From Mobula birostris (taxonomy: Eukaryota), in the NCBI RefSeq assembly GCF_030028105.1, contig NC_092379.1, positions 25,909,821 to 25,973,820 of the forward strand: a stretch of DNA of 64,000 bases, in the 5' to 3' direction. Under the pieces are notes generated by a model. That model was not told the DNA's origin, made no database searches, and worked only from the letters and a program-made list of their open reading frames with translations. Position numbers and translations under genes: made by a program. Below, piece by piece: positions 24,640 to 37,591 of the stretch; position 1 is the stretch's first letter; the number at the start of each line of letters is the position of its first letter.

Positions 24640-26030
24640 ACAATTGACAATAGGTGCAAGAGGAGGCCATTCGGCCTTTAGAGCCAGCACCGGCATTCAC
24701 TGTGATCATGGCTGATCATCCACAATCAGCACCCCTTTCCTGCCTTCTCCCCATATCCCTTGACTCCGCTATCATTAAGAGCTCTATCTAACACTTTCTT
24801 GAACGCATCCAGAGAATTGGCCTCCACTGCCTTCTGAGGCAGAGCATTCCACAGACCCATAACTCTCTGGTGTAGAAGTTTTTTTTTTTTTTTCCCGAAC
24901 TCCGTTCTAAAAAGCCTACCCCTTATTCTCAAATTGTGGCCTCTGGTTCTGGACTCCCCCAACATCGGGAACATGTTTCCTGCCTCCAGCGTGTCCAATC
25001 CCTTAATAATCATATATATTTCAATCAGATCTCCTCTCATCCTTCTAAATTCCAGTGTATACAAGCCCAGTCGCCCCAATCTTTCAACGTATGACAGTCA
25101 CGTCAACCCCGGAATTATCCTATTGAACGTCCGCTGCACTCAAGTATGTCCTTCCTCTAATTTGGATTCCAAAACTGTACACAATGCTCCAGGTGTGGTC
25201 TCACCAGGGTCCTGTACAACTGCAGAAGGACTTCTTTGCACCTATACTCAATTCCCCTTGTTATGCAGACCAACAGGCCATTAGATTTTTTTTCATTTCC
25301 TGCTGTACCTGCATGCCTACTTTAAGTGACTAATGAACAGGGACATCGAGATCTCGTTGTACTTCCCCTGTTCCTAATTTGACATAATTCAAATAGTAAT
25401 CTGCCTTCCTGTTCTTGCCACCAAAATGGATAACCTCACATTTATTCACAATAAACTGCATCTGTCATGCATCTGCCCACTTACCCAACCTGCCCAAGTC
25501 ATCATTCATTATCTCAACATCCTCCGCACATTTCACACTGCCGCCCAGCTTTCTGTCATCTGCAAATTTGCTAATGTTACCTTTTATCCCTTCATCTAAA
25601 TCATTAATCTATATATATTGTAAATAGCTGCTGTCCCAGCACGGAGCCCTGAAGTACCTCATTAGTCACCGCCTGCCATTCTGAAAATGACTCGTTAATC
25701 CCTACTCTTTGTTTCCTCTCTGCCAACCAATTTACGATCCATGTCAGTACCCTACCCCCAATACCACGTGCTCTAATTTTGCCGACTAATCTCCTATGTG
25801 GGACCTTATCAAAGGTTTCTAAAAATACTGGTACACTAGATCTACAGAGCCTCCCTTGTCCATTTTCATAGTTACATCCTCAAAAAATTCCAGAAGATTA
25901 GTCAAGCATGATTTCCTCTTCGTAAATCCATGCTGACTGGGACCGAGCCTGTTACTGCTAACCAAATGTGCCGCTATTTCATCCTTTATAATTGACTTCA
26001 GCATCATCCCCACCACTGATGCCAGGCTAA
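24640..26030 (-). mobile_element. CR1 LINE 3' half (RT and 3'UTR)
   Basis: QHGFTKRKSCLTNLLEFFEDVT; RLGLYTLEFRRMRGDLIE...RGHNLRIRG. Confidence 0.9.
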
Positions 26031-26034
26031 CTGG

Positions 26035-26175
26035 AGTCAGTCAAACACAATCTGGCTTGTCATCCTGTTGAAGGGTCTCGGCCTGAAATATTGACTGTGT
26101 TCTTTTCCATAGATGTTGCCTGGCCTGCTGAATTCCTGTGTGCGTTGCGTAGATTTCCAGCATCTGCAGGTTATC
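26035..26175 (+). repeat. Penelope-like 3' tail fragment with degenerate hammerhead
   Basis: CCTGTTGAAGGGTCTCGGCCTGAAATATTGACTG...GATGTTGCCTGGCCTGCTG matches 17480-17600. Confidence 0.75.
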
Positions 26176-26589
26176 TCTGGTTTATGGCTTGTCATCTGTT
26201 GAGTGGACACAGGGGCACAGAAATAGCTCCAGTTTGGACGCTCTGCCACATGGCCCCTGACACTCGGGTGGATTGCACCAACTCTGACGCTTCTCTCTTG
26301 AGCAGTTGTAAACAGGCAACACCATGATTTGAGGCTTTATCCTCCTACAACTGAGGTCATGCAGCTTCCCTACCATATGCCAATAAATCACTGAATCGGA
26401 CTTTCAGCATTCAACTCTAATAATATTCAACAGGATCTTCCAATAATTATTATTTAATTATCATGATTGCTTATAAGATCAGCCACACAAAACAAATTCA
26501 AATACTTGCAATAAAAAAAACAAAATAAATTGATACTGTATTTTGCTCATCAAGTTCCCTATTCCATCTTTCTTCTCATACTTATTCAA

Positions 26590-27135
26590 ACATAATCATC
26601 ATCATCATCATCATCATCATCAGGTGCCATGCCCAGATTGAGCTTTGGCTGCAATGGCCAGACACTCCTGTTTTGCGTCAAGTGGATTAATTCATTGGTA
26701 TTCATTTCCGGTTCTCTGGCAGCTGTCTCCATCATCATGTCCCTGTCTTCCTCTTGCTTTCTTCCTTTCAATCTTTCCCATAATCACCGTGCACTCTAAC
26801 TGGACTTTCCTAATCACATGTTGAATGAAGTTACCTTGCCTTTTCATGATTTCATACATTATTTCTATTTTTGTGTTTACCGTGCTCATGACATGCTCGT
26901 TAGATATTCGTTTCATCCATGAGATTATTTGCATCATCATCAAAGACCGCGGCTCTGCTGCTACAATTCGTTTCCTCATATTACTAGATATTGCCCAACT
27001 TTCTGAACGATACAACATAACTGGATAAACGTAACATTTCAGTACTCTGAGGCGTGTTTTAATGCCTAGTTTAGTCTTCAAGCATAATAGCCCATCAAAA
27101 AACACTTCTCCTGAAGTCCATCTCTCAAGTTTGAA
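26590..27135 (-). mobile_element. RTE-clade LINE 3' fragment with (GAT)n tail
   Basis: RLRVLKCYVYPVMLYRSESWAI...GKIERKKARGRQ, with a (GAT)n tail on the minus strand at 26595-26620. Confidence 0.75.
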
Positions 27136-27939
27136 AAGCTTTACCGTCTACAACAGGTATCCTTTTTCCGTAATGTCCAGCAGCAAGTGATCTCCATTTA
27201 ATAGTTCTTCGATATTATTGAAAGTCACGTAATATAAGGGAGTAGACTGAAAACTGGACAGATAGTCTAGTAAACTAACTAGACCACTGAATATATACTG
27301 TGAAGTTTGCTGTTTTGCAACAGTTGTAGAATGCAATACAATAATATTATAAAATACTGTAGGAAATTATATAAATTAAATTAGCACAAAAGAGAGCAAA
27401 ATAGTGTTTTAATTTTGATGGGTTAACTCTCCAAGCAGAAATCTGATGGTGCAGCGGAAGAAGCTGTCTTAAACATTGAGTTAGAAGCAACGCTATGAAG
27501 AAAATTGCAGGGATCTTGAGAAAGAAGGACCAGGAGGGGCAAGGTTCAAAACTTAAGATTAAGAACGAGGCAAAAGTAACTTTGCTGTTAGTTTGTTCTT
27601 TATAGGTCATGGACAATCCATAGGAAGGAGCACTCTGGGAGCTTAGAGAAAGAAAATAATTGATAATTTACGCAACTTTCCAATCAAACTCAATCTTGAT
27701 AGAAGCAGACTAGATGGCAAGGTGGCACCAGTGAACCACTGCAACATTCTGCAGGTTACATACAATACGTCGAAATATACTTTTAGAATTGCTCTCACTG
27801 TAACCTGCATTTAATATTCCTTTGTTTAAGCAAGGCAATTTTAAATTGATTTAATGGACTACAGATTTCACTGTCTTATGAAGGATTTGGCAAGCTGAAC
27901 TCTCAAGCAAGCAGCCACAGCACATTTAAGTGGACGAAA

Positions 27940-29640
27940 GCTCATTGCCATGGCCAGAAGTCGAGGCGGGGACAGGATTCCACCGTCAAAGACTCCAGTT
28001 CCATACCCACAACATCACTGGCCTCACGAATGAGTTTGTTGATCTTGTTGATGCCTGATATCCTCAGCCTGCTGCCCCAGCGCACAACAGCAAACATGAT
28101 AGCACTGGCCACCATAGACTCGTAGAACATCCTCAGCATCGTCCGGCAGATGTTAAAGGACCTCGGTCTCCTCAAGAAATAAAGACTGCTCTGACCCTTC
28201 TTGTAGACAGCTTCACTGTTCTTTGACCAGCCCAGTTTATTATCAATTCCTAACCCCAGGTACTTGTAATCCTCCACCATGCCCACACTGACACCCTGGA
28301 TGGAAACAGGTGTCACTGATGCCTTAGCCCTCCTCAGGTCCACCACCAGCTCCTTATAATTTTTCACATTAAGCTGCAGATAAATCTGCTCACACCATGT
28401 GACAAACTTCCCCATCGTAGCCCTGTACTCAGCCTCATCTCCCTTCCTGATGCATACAACTTTAGCAGAGTTATCAGAAAACTTCTGAAGCTGGCAAGAC
28501 TCTGCGTAGTAGTTGAAGTCCGAGGTGTAGATGGTGAAGAGAAAGGGAGACAAGACGGTCCCCCCGTGGCGACCCAGTGCTGCTAACCACTCTGTCTGAC
28601 ATTTGGTGTTGCAAGCACACGTAATGTGGTCTGTCAGTCAGATAATCAATAATCCATGACACCAGGAAAGCACCTGCATATCTACCAGCTTCTCCCACAA
28701 CAGAACAGGGCGGATAGTGTTGAACGCACTGGAGAAGTCAAAAAAACATGACCCTCACAGTGCACGCTGGCTTGTCCAGGTGAGCGTAAACAAGTTTCAG
28801 CAGGTAGATGATGGCATTCTCAACTCCTAGTCGGGGCTTGTAGGCGAACTGGAGAGGATCTAACTGTTGCCTAAACATTGGCCGGAGCTGCTCCAGAACA
28901 AGTCTCTCCAGCGTCTTCATGATGTGGGAGGTAAATGCCACCGGTCTGTACTCATTGAAATCCCTGGGGCGCAGCCACTTCGGCACACGGACGAGGCAGG
29001 GCATCTTCCACAGCACAGTAACCCTCTGGAGACTCAGTCTCAGGTTGAAGACATGGTGAAGTACTCCATGTAGCTGGGGGGCATAGGCTTTGAACACCCT
29101 GGTGCTGACACCATCTGGGCCTGCAGACTTGCTTGGGTGGACGCGTTTCAACTGCCTTCTCACCTGTTCAGCTATGATGCCCACCGTGGTGGTTACATGT
29201 GGTGGAGGGATGTAGTCATGAGTGCAGGGAGGGAGGCTGTGAGGAGGGGTAGGAGGGGAGAGTGAAGTATGTGTTGGTTGGAGGCCGACATCTTATGAAT
29301 CGTGTGGGGGATGGGCAGGGGTCACAATGTCAAATCTGTTAAAGAACAGGTTAAGTTCGTTGGCCCTGTCCACACTACCTACAGCTCCTCTGTTGCTAGC
29401 TTGCCGGAACCCAGTGATGGTCCTCATCCCGCTCTAGACCTCTCTCATGTTGTCCTGCTGAAGTGTCCACTCAAAATTCCTCCTATACCTATCTTTAGCC
29501 TCCCTGATCCTGGCTTTCATGTCCCTCTGTATTGTCATCAGCTCCTCCCTATTTCCATCTCTAAACTTCAGTGACTGGAAAGTCGCATCACATTTGTCAT
29601 CCCATCTCTATCCGAAGGGCTCTGCCGGGTTGAGATATTC
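27940..29640 (-). mobile_element. Rex1/Babar-type non-LTR retrotransposon RT fragment
   Basis: PSKSAGPDGV, EYRPVAFTSHIMKTLERL, LDPLQFAY, SPFLFTIYTSD, QKFSDNSA, LYFLRR.RSFNIC. Confidence 0.85.
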
Positions 29641-29644
29641 TCCC

Positions 29645-31290
29645 ACATCCCGTCATTTCCTCCCTTTTCCCCTCTGTCTCAGGGGAGGGTAGTCAAGCAG
29701 AAGCTTGTTCAAGGGATGACTCATCTTGACGTAGCCCATCACGAATCTCCGATAGTACCAACAGAACCGTAGAAATGAGCGCAGAGCACTCACGGTCTGG
29801 GGCCTCGTCCAGGTGGTCACAGCTTCAATCTTATCCGGGTCAGTCACTACACCATATCGCGAGACGATGTGTTCAACATAGCTAACAAACGTCTGGAAGA
29901 ACTGGCACTTGTCCAGGGAAAGCTGCAACCCATCCTGCTTCAGCCGGTTGAACACCTTCATTAGTCTCGCTTCGTGTTCTTCCAAGGCGGATCCAAATAC
30001 TATGAGGTTTTGCAAATATATCAGCATTTCGATCAGGTTCATATCCACCACCGTCTTCTCCATGACCCTCTGGAAGATGGCAGGAGACCCCGATATGCCC
30101 TGGACTATTCTTTCGAACTTGTAAACGCCCAAAGCGCAAATGAAGGCCGTTTTCTCCTTATCGGCCTCACTCATCCGGATCTGGTAATACCCATTCCTCA
30201 AATCCAGCGCGCTAAACCACTTCGCCCCATTCAGACAGGCTAGCGCATCTTCCACCCGGGAGACCGTGTCCTGAACTGGTTCCAGTGCGCCTGTTCAGTG
30301 TTCCATAGTCCACACACGTACGGACCTTCCCATTCTTCCTCTGGGCCACTACGGTACAAGACGCATAAGGGCTTCGGGACTCCGTGATGATCCCAGCCTC
30401 CTTCAACTTGCCCAAAATGCTGCCGCACATCTTCCACATCTGCAGGGGACAGTCGCCATGATGGTTCTGTAAACAGAATATTCTCAGTCATCCGTATAGT
30501 GTGGCGACTGTTCTTGGAACAAACCACATCTAACTCGTCGAGGAAAAAAAAAAAAAACATCTCTTATCCTTAACATCTTCTCCACCAGCTTCCGCTTCCA
30601 ACCCTCCGGCACAGGTGATGACTCAAATTTAAAAGCTTCAGCAGTCAATTTAGGCCTTTTTCCCGACAGCTCTCCCCCAACTGGCCTCACGGGGGCGCCA
30701 TGCATCACCGTCACCGGGAACAAACGCACCAGAGGCATTCCTCGCTTAAAGATAAACTCCTGTTCAGCAGTGTTCCTGACGCTCACTGCCAGCCTGCCTG
30801 CGTGTACCACCGATGACTTCTGCAACCCACTCTCACCAGCACCCCAGCAGGGAATCTCGACTCCCCCTCGAGATCTTCCGGGTTGTCCACTAAAAGGGCT
30901 TCCCCCTCAGACACCCTTGGGAACCTATGGATCCCCGTCACACTCGCTATTTCACCCGGGCGCACCACCTTGGGCTTCGCCTAGCACACCACAGAGTGCC
31001 TCGTTCATACGCCGCGTCCAGCCCAGGACGACCCCACGCTTCCTCAAAAGCAGCTCGGAACACTGGGTGCTCTGACAGGGGCTCTAAAAAGTCTTCACCC
31101 CGCTGATTCCCGTTGCCTAGGGTGAATAGCCGTCGATACCGCCAAACAGTGCAAATGCTTTTGTGCGGATAAGGTGTGAGTGGCCCTATGATCAGCCACA
31201 ACAAGAATATGAAAAAAAAATATACAAAGTACGAGTAAAAAATTGTACTTTATAGCAAAATTTGGTGATAGATTAGCAGCAACAAATAAT
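29645..31290 (-). mobile_element. Ty3/Gypsy pol fragment (RT with YLDD altered to YLQN)
   Basis: GIITESRSPYAS, GKVRTCVDY, GAKWFSALDLRNGYYQI, KEKTAFIC, LSLDKCQF, LRSFLRFCWYYRRFV. Confidence 0.88.
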
Positions 31291-32173
31291 GGAAAAGGCG
31301 CCACATAAGTAACTTATCTGTCTTGTGCACATATTATTTTAATACGTTGGATCTCACGCCACCGATTCCACCCTCAATGTCCTTCCGAGACTCCTGCCAT
31401 TCTCCGAACCCCCAAGGTCCGGTATCCGCCGCCCTGGAACAGCCGTTCGTTCCTCACAAGTCCGTCTTCTCTGCTCGCCTCCCGAAAAAGCCCGCACTCC
31501 TCAACTCAGCACACATATACGAGATTAGAGAACATGACTTCCATTGGCTAACAAAGGAATAAAGTTTCCATTATCACACTGTATATCACACAGATATCGC
31601 TGTTACAGAGAACACCATGCTTAGCAGTTAACAGTACGATAAACCATTGGTAATAAGTTATTAGAAGTTATCAGTCCATCTAGTATTAATCAGAGCCCGA
31701 CACTAAGTACTCTTATTTAGCATTTGCATAGATTGTTGCCTTCTGCATTCTGGTTGAATGCCCAACTTGGACTCCTTTTATTGATTTTGAAAACATTTTA
31801 TTCTGTAAACGTGAGAAATCTGTGTGGAGGAATTTTCAAGCATCAAAGGGTTCAAATGGACTAAATGGAATAAAAACCTGAAGCCTGTGAAAGGCGAGAG
31901 GTTGGCGGCACCGAATGCACCAGTCTGTCCCTATTTTTGTAATTTTTAACCACCGATCAACTTATTTCTGCTACAGCGACTTCCTTACCGTGATTAAAGG
32001 GCAACAGAATGTACTGAGTCTCCGCACAAAGGTCATGAATAAGAACTGAATGTGTGTGTTTGTCCTCCTCTTTTGATTTCAACCTCAAGGCCTGCAACCC
32101 ACTGCCTCATCAATGGAATGTGCTGTGATCATGAGTGCGTGAACAGCTGATTAACTAACAGATATCCCCGGCT

Positions 32174-33700
32174 TGTCGAGCTTACTGATATGTACTCAAC
32201 TGTATAAACGAAGCTGTACTTGAAGCTGTTTTCGGAACTCTGACACCCCGCTCTCAGGGAAGAGTTTCCCATGGTATAACGAATAAAGATTGGTTGAAGC
32301 GATCCGTGTCTGAGTGCGGTTCCTTAGTATTTCTCCGACAGTTAATGGCGACGAGGATGGGATCCCTATAGAGTCCGCTTGAGCAAAATCAAGATAGCGG
32401 CTCTTACGCTTGAGCAGAGGCAACATAGTGGAGAGTACGCTTGAGTGGAAGCATGGCAGCGGCTCTTACGCCATACTAGGAAGATAATCCAGGAGAAGCA
32501 ACTGGGCCTGCGCTCAGCTGAAAGGGAGGACAGGGAGATTGACGCTGTGCTGCGGGTTAGGGAGTGCAGCGGGCGAGCTCTTAGCTGAAAGGGAGGGCTT
32601 CGCCCGATTAAGGGGTGCTACGGATTAATAGCAGCACGGAATGACGTTACAGCACCTAGTCTTGTGAAACTCACCGGTCAGTGTGTGCGTGCGCTTGTGT
32701 GGTTGTGTGAAAGTGTAGTGTAGTTAACTCTCATTACAGAATAATAGGAACTACCAGTAGAAGTGGGGCCGCTAGATTGTCTCTTGCTGGGGAATCTAAG
32801 ACTCCAGGAACCCTAAAAGTCGGCAAGGTAGCAACGCCAAGAATGAAGAGGTTAAAGAAAGCTCGACAGATGACAGCAGACCCGCTGGTACCTCCGGGAT
32901 GAGCAGCAGACACTGTCATTAAGGAAACGGGAGATGGCCGATATGCAGTAACTTTTAGCAGTGACTTGAATGAGTGGTCACATGGCGATTGGCTGCTTGA
33001 GGGAAGTTTTAATTTGAGAGCAATCCTCTAGAGAGGTCGCTCCCTAAATGGGGTCGGCGACCCAAATTGGGATGCTGATTACATGTTAGGACGTTGTCAA
33101 CTAAAGAAGAAGGTGGTTAAAAGTCACTAACCTCCAAAGAAAAGGATATTAAGCAGCCTGAAACAGAGAAAGCTGGGACTGAAACGAAACCTGGCATGGA
33201 AATTTAGCCCCAACTCCCTGTACAGGCCAGTAACCCATTGGCACCCAGTAGTGAAATAAACGAGTTAATAATGAATACTAATGCCTTGGGACGACCCGCA
33301 CCCACCCCTTACAACCCCCCATGCCAGAGGTTCAGGCACCTGATACCCTCAGCGGAGCAAATATCTCTGTTACGAGAGAAGGTTCTCAGGAACGAGGAAA
33401 TGAAGCTAAGGGAGCTGAAGGAAGTGTTCGTAATACTCCAGATGAGAGGGAAAAAGACGCCTAAAAAAAAAAAAAAAAAAAGAAGAGGCAGGAAGAGAGA
33501 AAAAGAGAATGGAGGAAAAGCTTTTAACAGACAATTTCATTATATCTAGAACAGCCCCGCTTACCCTGCTGGGTCCACAGACCCTTTATCAATTAAGGGC
33601 AACAGTGCTCTGTACAGCAGAATGTATATAAACAGATTTTCCTCAGATTAGAGTTCCTCAAATGCAAAAAAAAAAAAAAAAAGGGCGAGAAAAGGGCTGT
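32174..33700 (+). mobile_element. LTR, PBS and gag-like remnant of a retrovirus-like element
   Basis: TGTCG...AATAAA...CGACA LTR-like unit (32174-32340). PBS TGGCGACGAGGATGGGAT (32346-32363). Gag-like motifs DWLLEGSFNL (32987-33016) and PAPTPYNPP (about 33295-33320). Confidence 0.65.
32346..32363 (+). promoter_or_regulatory. Primer-binding site complementary to the 3' 18 nt of tRNA-Ser(GCU)
   Basis: Reverse complement ATCCCATCCTCGTCGCCA equals the 3' end of vertebrate tRNA-Ser(GCU) plus CCA as recalled. It lies 5 nt after the LTR end. Confidence 0.8.
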
Positions 33701-33789
33701 TCAGAACCCTTATCATCTGTTGATAGCTGGATGTAATCTGTATGCTGGACAATGTCTCAGAGACTGTATGATATATTGATAAGACGAGC

Positions 33790-35325
33790 CAACCTCCACA
33801 CGCAATATCTGCAATACTTGGTTAATAGCAGCCGGGAAAAGACGCAGCTCCTTCGCACGGTATATTGCAGCTCCATTGCAAATATCACTCCGCTACTTAA
33901 GAATGGGGCAAAGAAGCAAAAAGGAAATTATAGACCTGTTAGCTTGACATCGGTGGTTGGGAGGCTGTTGGAGACGATTGTCAAGGATGAGGCTACGGAG
34001 TACATGGAGGCATATGACAGGACAGGCAGAACTCAGCAGGTTTCCTTAAAGGAAAATCCTGCCTGACAAACCTATTACATTTTTTCCCCCTCAGGAAATT
34101 AAAAGTAAGCTAGGCAAGGGAGATGCAGTGGAGGTTGTATATTTGAATTTTCAGAGGTGCCAAACAGGAAGCTACTTAACAAGATAAGAGCCCATGGAAT
34201 TACGGGAAAGTTACCTACGTCGATAGGGCGTTGGCTGATTGGCAGGAAACAGAGAGTGGGAATAAAGGGATCCTATTATAGTTGGCTGCCGGTTACCAGT
34301 GGTGTTCCACAGGCGTCCGTGTTGGAGCTGCTTCATTTTACGTTGTACATCAACGATTTGATTTATGGAATAGATGGCTTTGTGGCTAAATTTGCTGATG
34401 ATACGAAATAGGTGGAGGGAACGGTACTGCTGAGGAAACAGAGACTCGGCAAAGAGACTTGGATAGATTGGAAGAATGACCAAAGAATTGGCAAATTAAA
34501 TGCAATGTTGGAATGTGTATGGTTATGCACTTTGACAGAACAAATAAACGGCAGACTAATATTTAAATGGGGTGAAAATTCAAACGTCTGAGATGCCACG
34601 GGACTTGGGAGTCCTCGTGCAGAATACCCTTAACGTTAACATCCAGGTTGAGTCGGTGGTGAAGAAGGCGAATGCAATGTTGGCATTCATTTCTGGAGGA
34701 ATCGAGTGTAGGAGCAGGGATGTGAGGTTGAGGATCTAAAGGCGCTGGTACGACCTCACATAGAGTATTGTGCGCAGTTTTGGTCTCCTTATTTAGGAAA
34801 GGATGTGCTGACGTTGGAGTGGGTACCGACAAGATTCAGTAGAATGATTCCGAGAATAAGAGTGTTAACATTAATGGAACGTTTGCCCGCCCTTGGACTG
34901 TATTCCTTGGAGTTTAGAAGAATGGGAGGGGACCTCATAGAAACATTTCGAATGTTGAAAGGCATGGACAGAGTGGATATGGCAAAGTTGCTTCCCACGT
35001 TGGAGGAGTCTTGTACGAAAGGGCATGAATTAAGGATTGAAGGGACCCCAGCTGATCAGAATGCGAAAAAAAAAAAAAATAGCTAGAGGGTACTGAATCT
35101 ATGGAATTTATTGCAAAGGGCGGCAGTGGACGTCAAGTCATTGGCTGTATTTAAGACAGAGATTGATAGGTATCGGTGTAGTCAAGGCATCAAAGTTTAT
35201 GTTGAGAAAGCGGGGGAGTGGGACTAAATGTGTGAATGGATCAGCTCATGTTGAAATGGCGGAGCAGACTCGATGGCCCGAATGGCCGACTTCTGCTCCT
35301 TTGGCTTATCGTCCTATGGTCTATT
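33790..35325 (+). mobile_element. CR1 LINE 3' half inserted in the LTR-element region
   Basis: NYRPVSLTSVVGRLLE, VAKFADDTK, LGLYSLEFRRMGGDLIE, CR1 3'UTR. Confidence 0.9.
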
Positions 35326-35899
35326 ACACATTACAAACTGACCTGCATTATGACCAGGCTGTAAACCCTTATCTAAACGGTAAAGCTGAAGGCAACACCG
35401 TATGTGTATTTTTGTCCCGAGGGATTAGAGCTCTTGGTAGATTTAGTGGAATATCAGAAAATAAGATTCCGACTAGGGAACTCCTCAATGCCTCATTTGG
35501 CAGTGGTCATGAACCCACCAGAGAAGCCTAAAGATATCGGGACGATGGTAGAACGATTGCCGAAAGAAGCCAAGGCTGTTTATGCTATACCTCTCCCGTT
35601 ACTGGGACCGGAAGCCCGAATAGAATTCTTTAATGAAAAGGATGAGACAATTATGTTAAAGTCTGAGAACTACGAAACATCCTTTGAAAAGCAACAGCCA
35701 CCACCAGAAGACCCTCTACATCCTCCTAAAGCCTTAGTACCGGTACTAGGGAACCTATGCAACATAGCAATATTGTGGGAATGGCCCAAACAGCTCCCGA
35801 GCATAAAGTTACTCTAAAAAAAATGTGCCACTGTTTTGTTTTAAACAGTACCGTATAGTTGTTGATGCTGAAGATGGTGTCGCTCCAGTAATTGCCACA

Positions 35900-35995
35900 T
35901 AATTGCTGTAAGACTTCCCCGTGGTATCACGATTAATGATTGGTTGAAGTGATCTCCTCCGTGTCTGAGTGTAGTTCCTTAGCATTTCTCCGACA
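35900..35995 (+). repeat. Second copy of the LTR 3' end
   Basis: GATTGGTTGAAG...CCGTGTCTGAGTG..GTTCCTTAG.ATTTCTCCGACA matches 32287-32340; no PBS follows. Confidence 0.7.
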
Positions 35996-36928
35996 CTATA
36001 CCACTAGAAATTGAAACATGATTTTGCTTATGGTAACCTTTATGCACTTTGATAAAGAACTTATTTTGAAATTTAACATTTGATACAGAAAAAAAAAGAT
36101 GAATAGAGAATGAATGGCGAGGGGGACAAATGTTTTCCTCGTAAGCTAGGACAGTATGCAGTTGAGTTTAGTAGATGGACCATCAAGTGTGAAAAGCTAT
36201 GTCATAAAACCCGGTTTAGGTAGACATTTTTTACTAAGAATTTAATAATGCTTAGGGGGTGCAAACAACCGTCAGAAAGAACCAATATTAGCACAACAAT
36301 TGTAGGGGTAAAAGTCTGCTTGCCTTCATTTCTTTAAAACTTTTCTTCAATAGTATTGTGGCGATCGCGTACGGATCATTGACTGAATAACTAATACATC
36401 GTGTCCTATTTTTATACATCAGATGTAACTGCACACCTATGCAAGAGGTAAAGCAACGAAATTTCACCTGGAAAGTGGGAGAATGTTTTACTTCCAAGTT
36501 CAGAAAATGACAGATGTCCCATTCAATGGTTAAAGTATGTTACAAATTTTAATAGATTGTTGCATGGGTGATTAATACTCATGCCACCGGGAGTGCTTAA
36601 TAGAATTGCGCTCAGAATGTTCTGTTTAAATCCTGTTAAATTCACCAAGAACGGAATGTATTCGTTATTTGCACGTATGTACTATATCCCTGATGGATTT
36701 GAACGGGCAGTGAACATTTGACATATCATGAAATGTCTGCATCATCCACGTATAAGAAAGGTGATATATGTTCCATTTTCATTGAGTTGTTGTTTCTTTT
36801 CTCGTATTATATAGATGACAGAACGTCAGTGAGGGACTCCGCCCAAACCTCATGTCAGTAATGCTGGGAATAAAATTGATCACATTGTATCCTGTTTTAT
36901 CGGAATGGTAAATGAGCGAACTGATACA

Positions 36929-36968
36929 ATGTCTCTACTGATACTTCTATTGATTTCCATTGCAATTG
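36929..36968 (+). CDS. Leader exon of the TCR V gene
   Basis: MSLLILLLISIAI followed by a consensus phase-1 donor G|GTAAGT; 319-nt intron to the V exon. Confidence 0.88.
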
Positions 36969-37287
36969 GTAAGTCTTGATACATAGTTCTGATGACTGAT
37001 ATGGATTATTATCAGGACTCTTTCTGAACCAATACAATTGTTTCGAAGTCTCGTGTGGTCCCCAGAGTTTAACTAAATAATATGCCCATTGAAGTATAAT
37101 TGGAAATAATCAGTCCTGATCGGAATTACGGTGAAATACACTGTGACAGATTGAGTTTGACATATAAACATCAGGCTTTCGTTTAGACAGCTAAATCTGT
37201 TCAATGCAGAACACTCTTTGTAATGGCTTCTGAAGTTTTGCTGGTTGAAAATAAAATATGTTTGACGAATTATAATGCTTATCGCAG

Positions 37288-37591
37288 ATACAATTCAATG
37301 TCCATCTGTAACACAGTATCAGCGTGAAGTGAAGGTTACTAAAGGAAAGGATACAGAGGTGAGTTGTATTTTCAACAGCAGTTCCAATAATCCGGATATT
37401 TATTGGTACCGCTTGTATCCGAGCAAAGCACCGCAATTTATACTGTACCGGGACAACACAAGGAAAATTGACGCCGATTTTACAGTGGGGAGGTTCGATG
37501 CTCGACTATTTAAAAATTACCATGCGATTCCTTTGACAATATCTGCAACGAAGATTGAAGACAGCGCAATCTACTTTTGTGCATTAGGTAC
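37288..37591 (+). CDS. TCR alpha/delta-type V exon, apparently functional
   Basis: Acceptor CGCAG|AT in phase with the leader. DTIQCPSVTQYQREVKVTKGKDTEVSCIFNSSSNNPDIYWYRLYPSKAPQFILYRDN...GRF...LTISATKIEDSAIYFCALG has the canonical Cys, Trp and D-S-A-x-Y-F-C, with no stops. Confidence 0.93.

Noticed and set aside
31722-31729. Ig-promoter octamer ATTTGCAT (also ATGCAAAT near 62411)
   Set aside because: Not positioned upstream of any leader; the second copy lies inside CR1 remnants.
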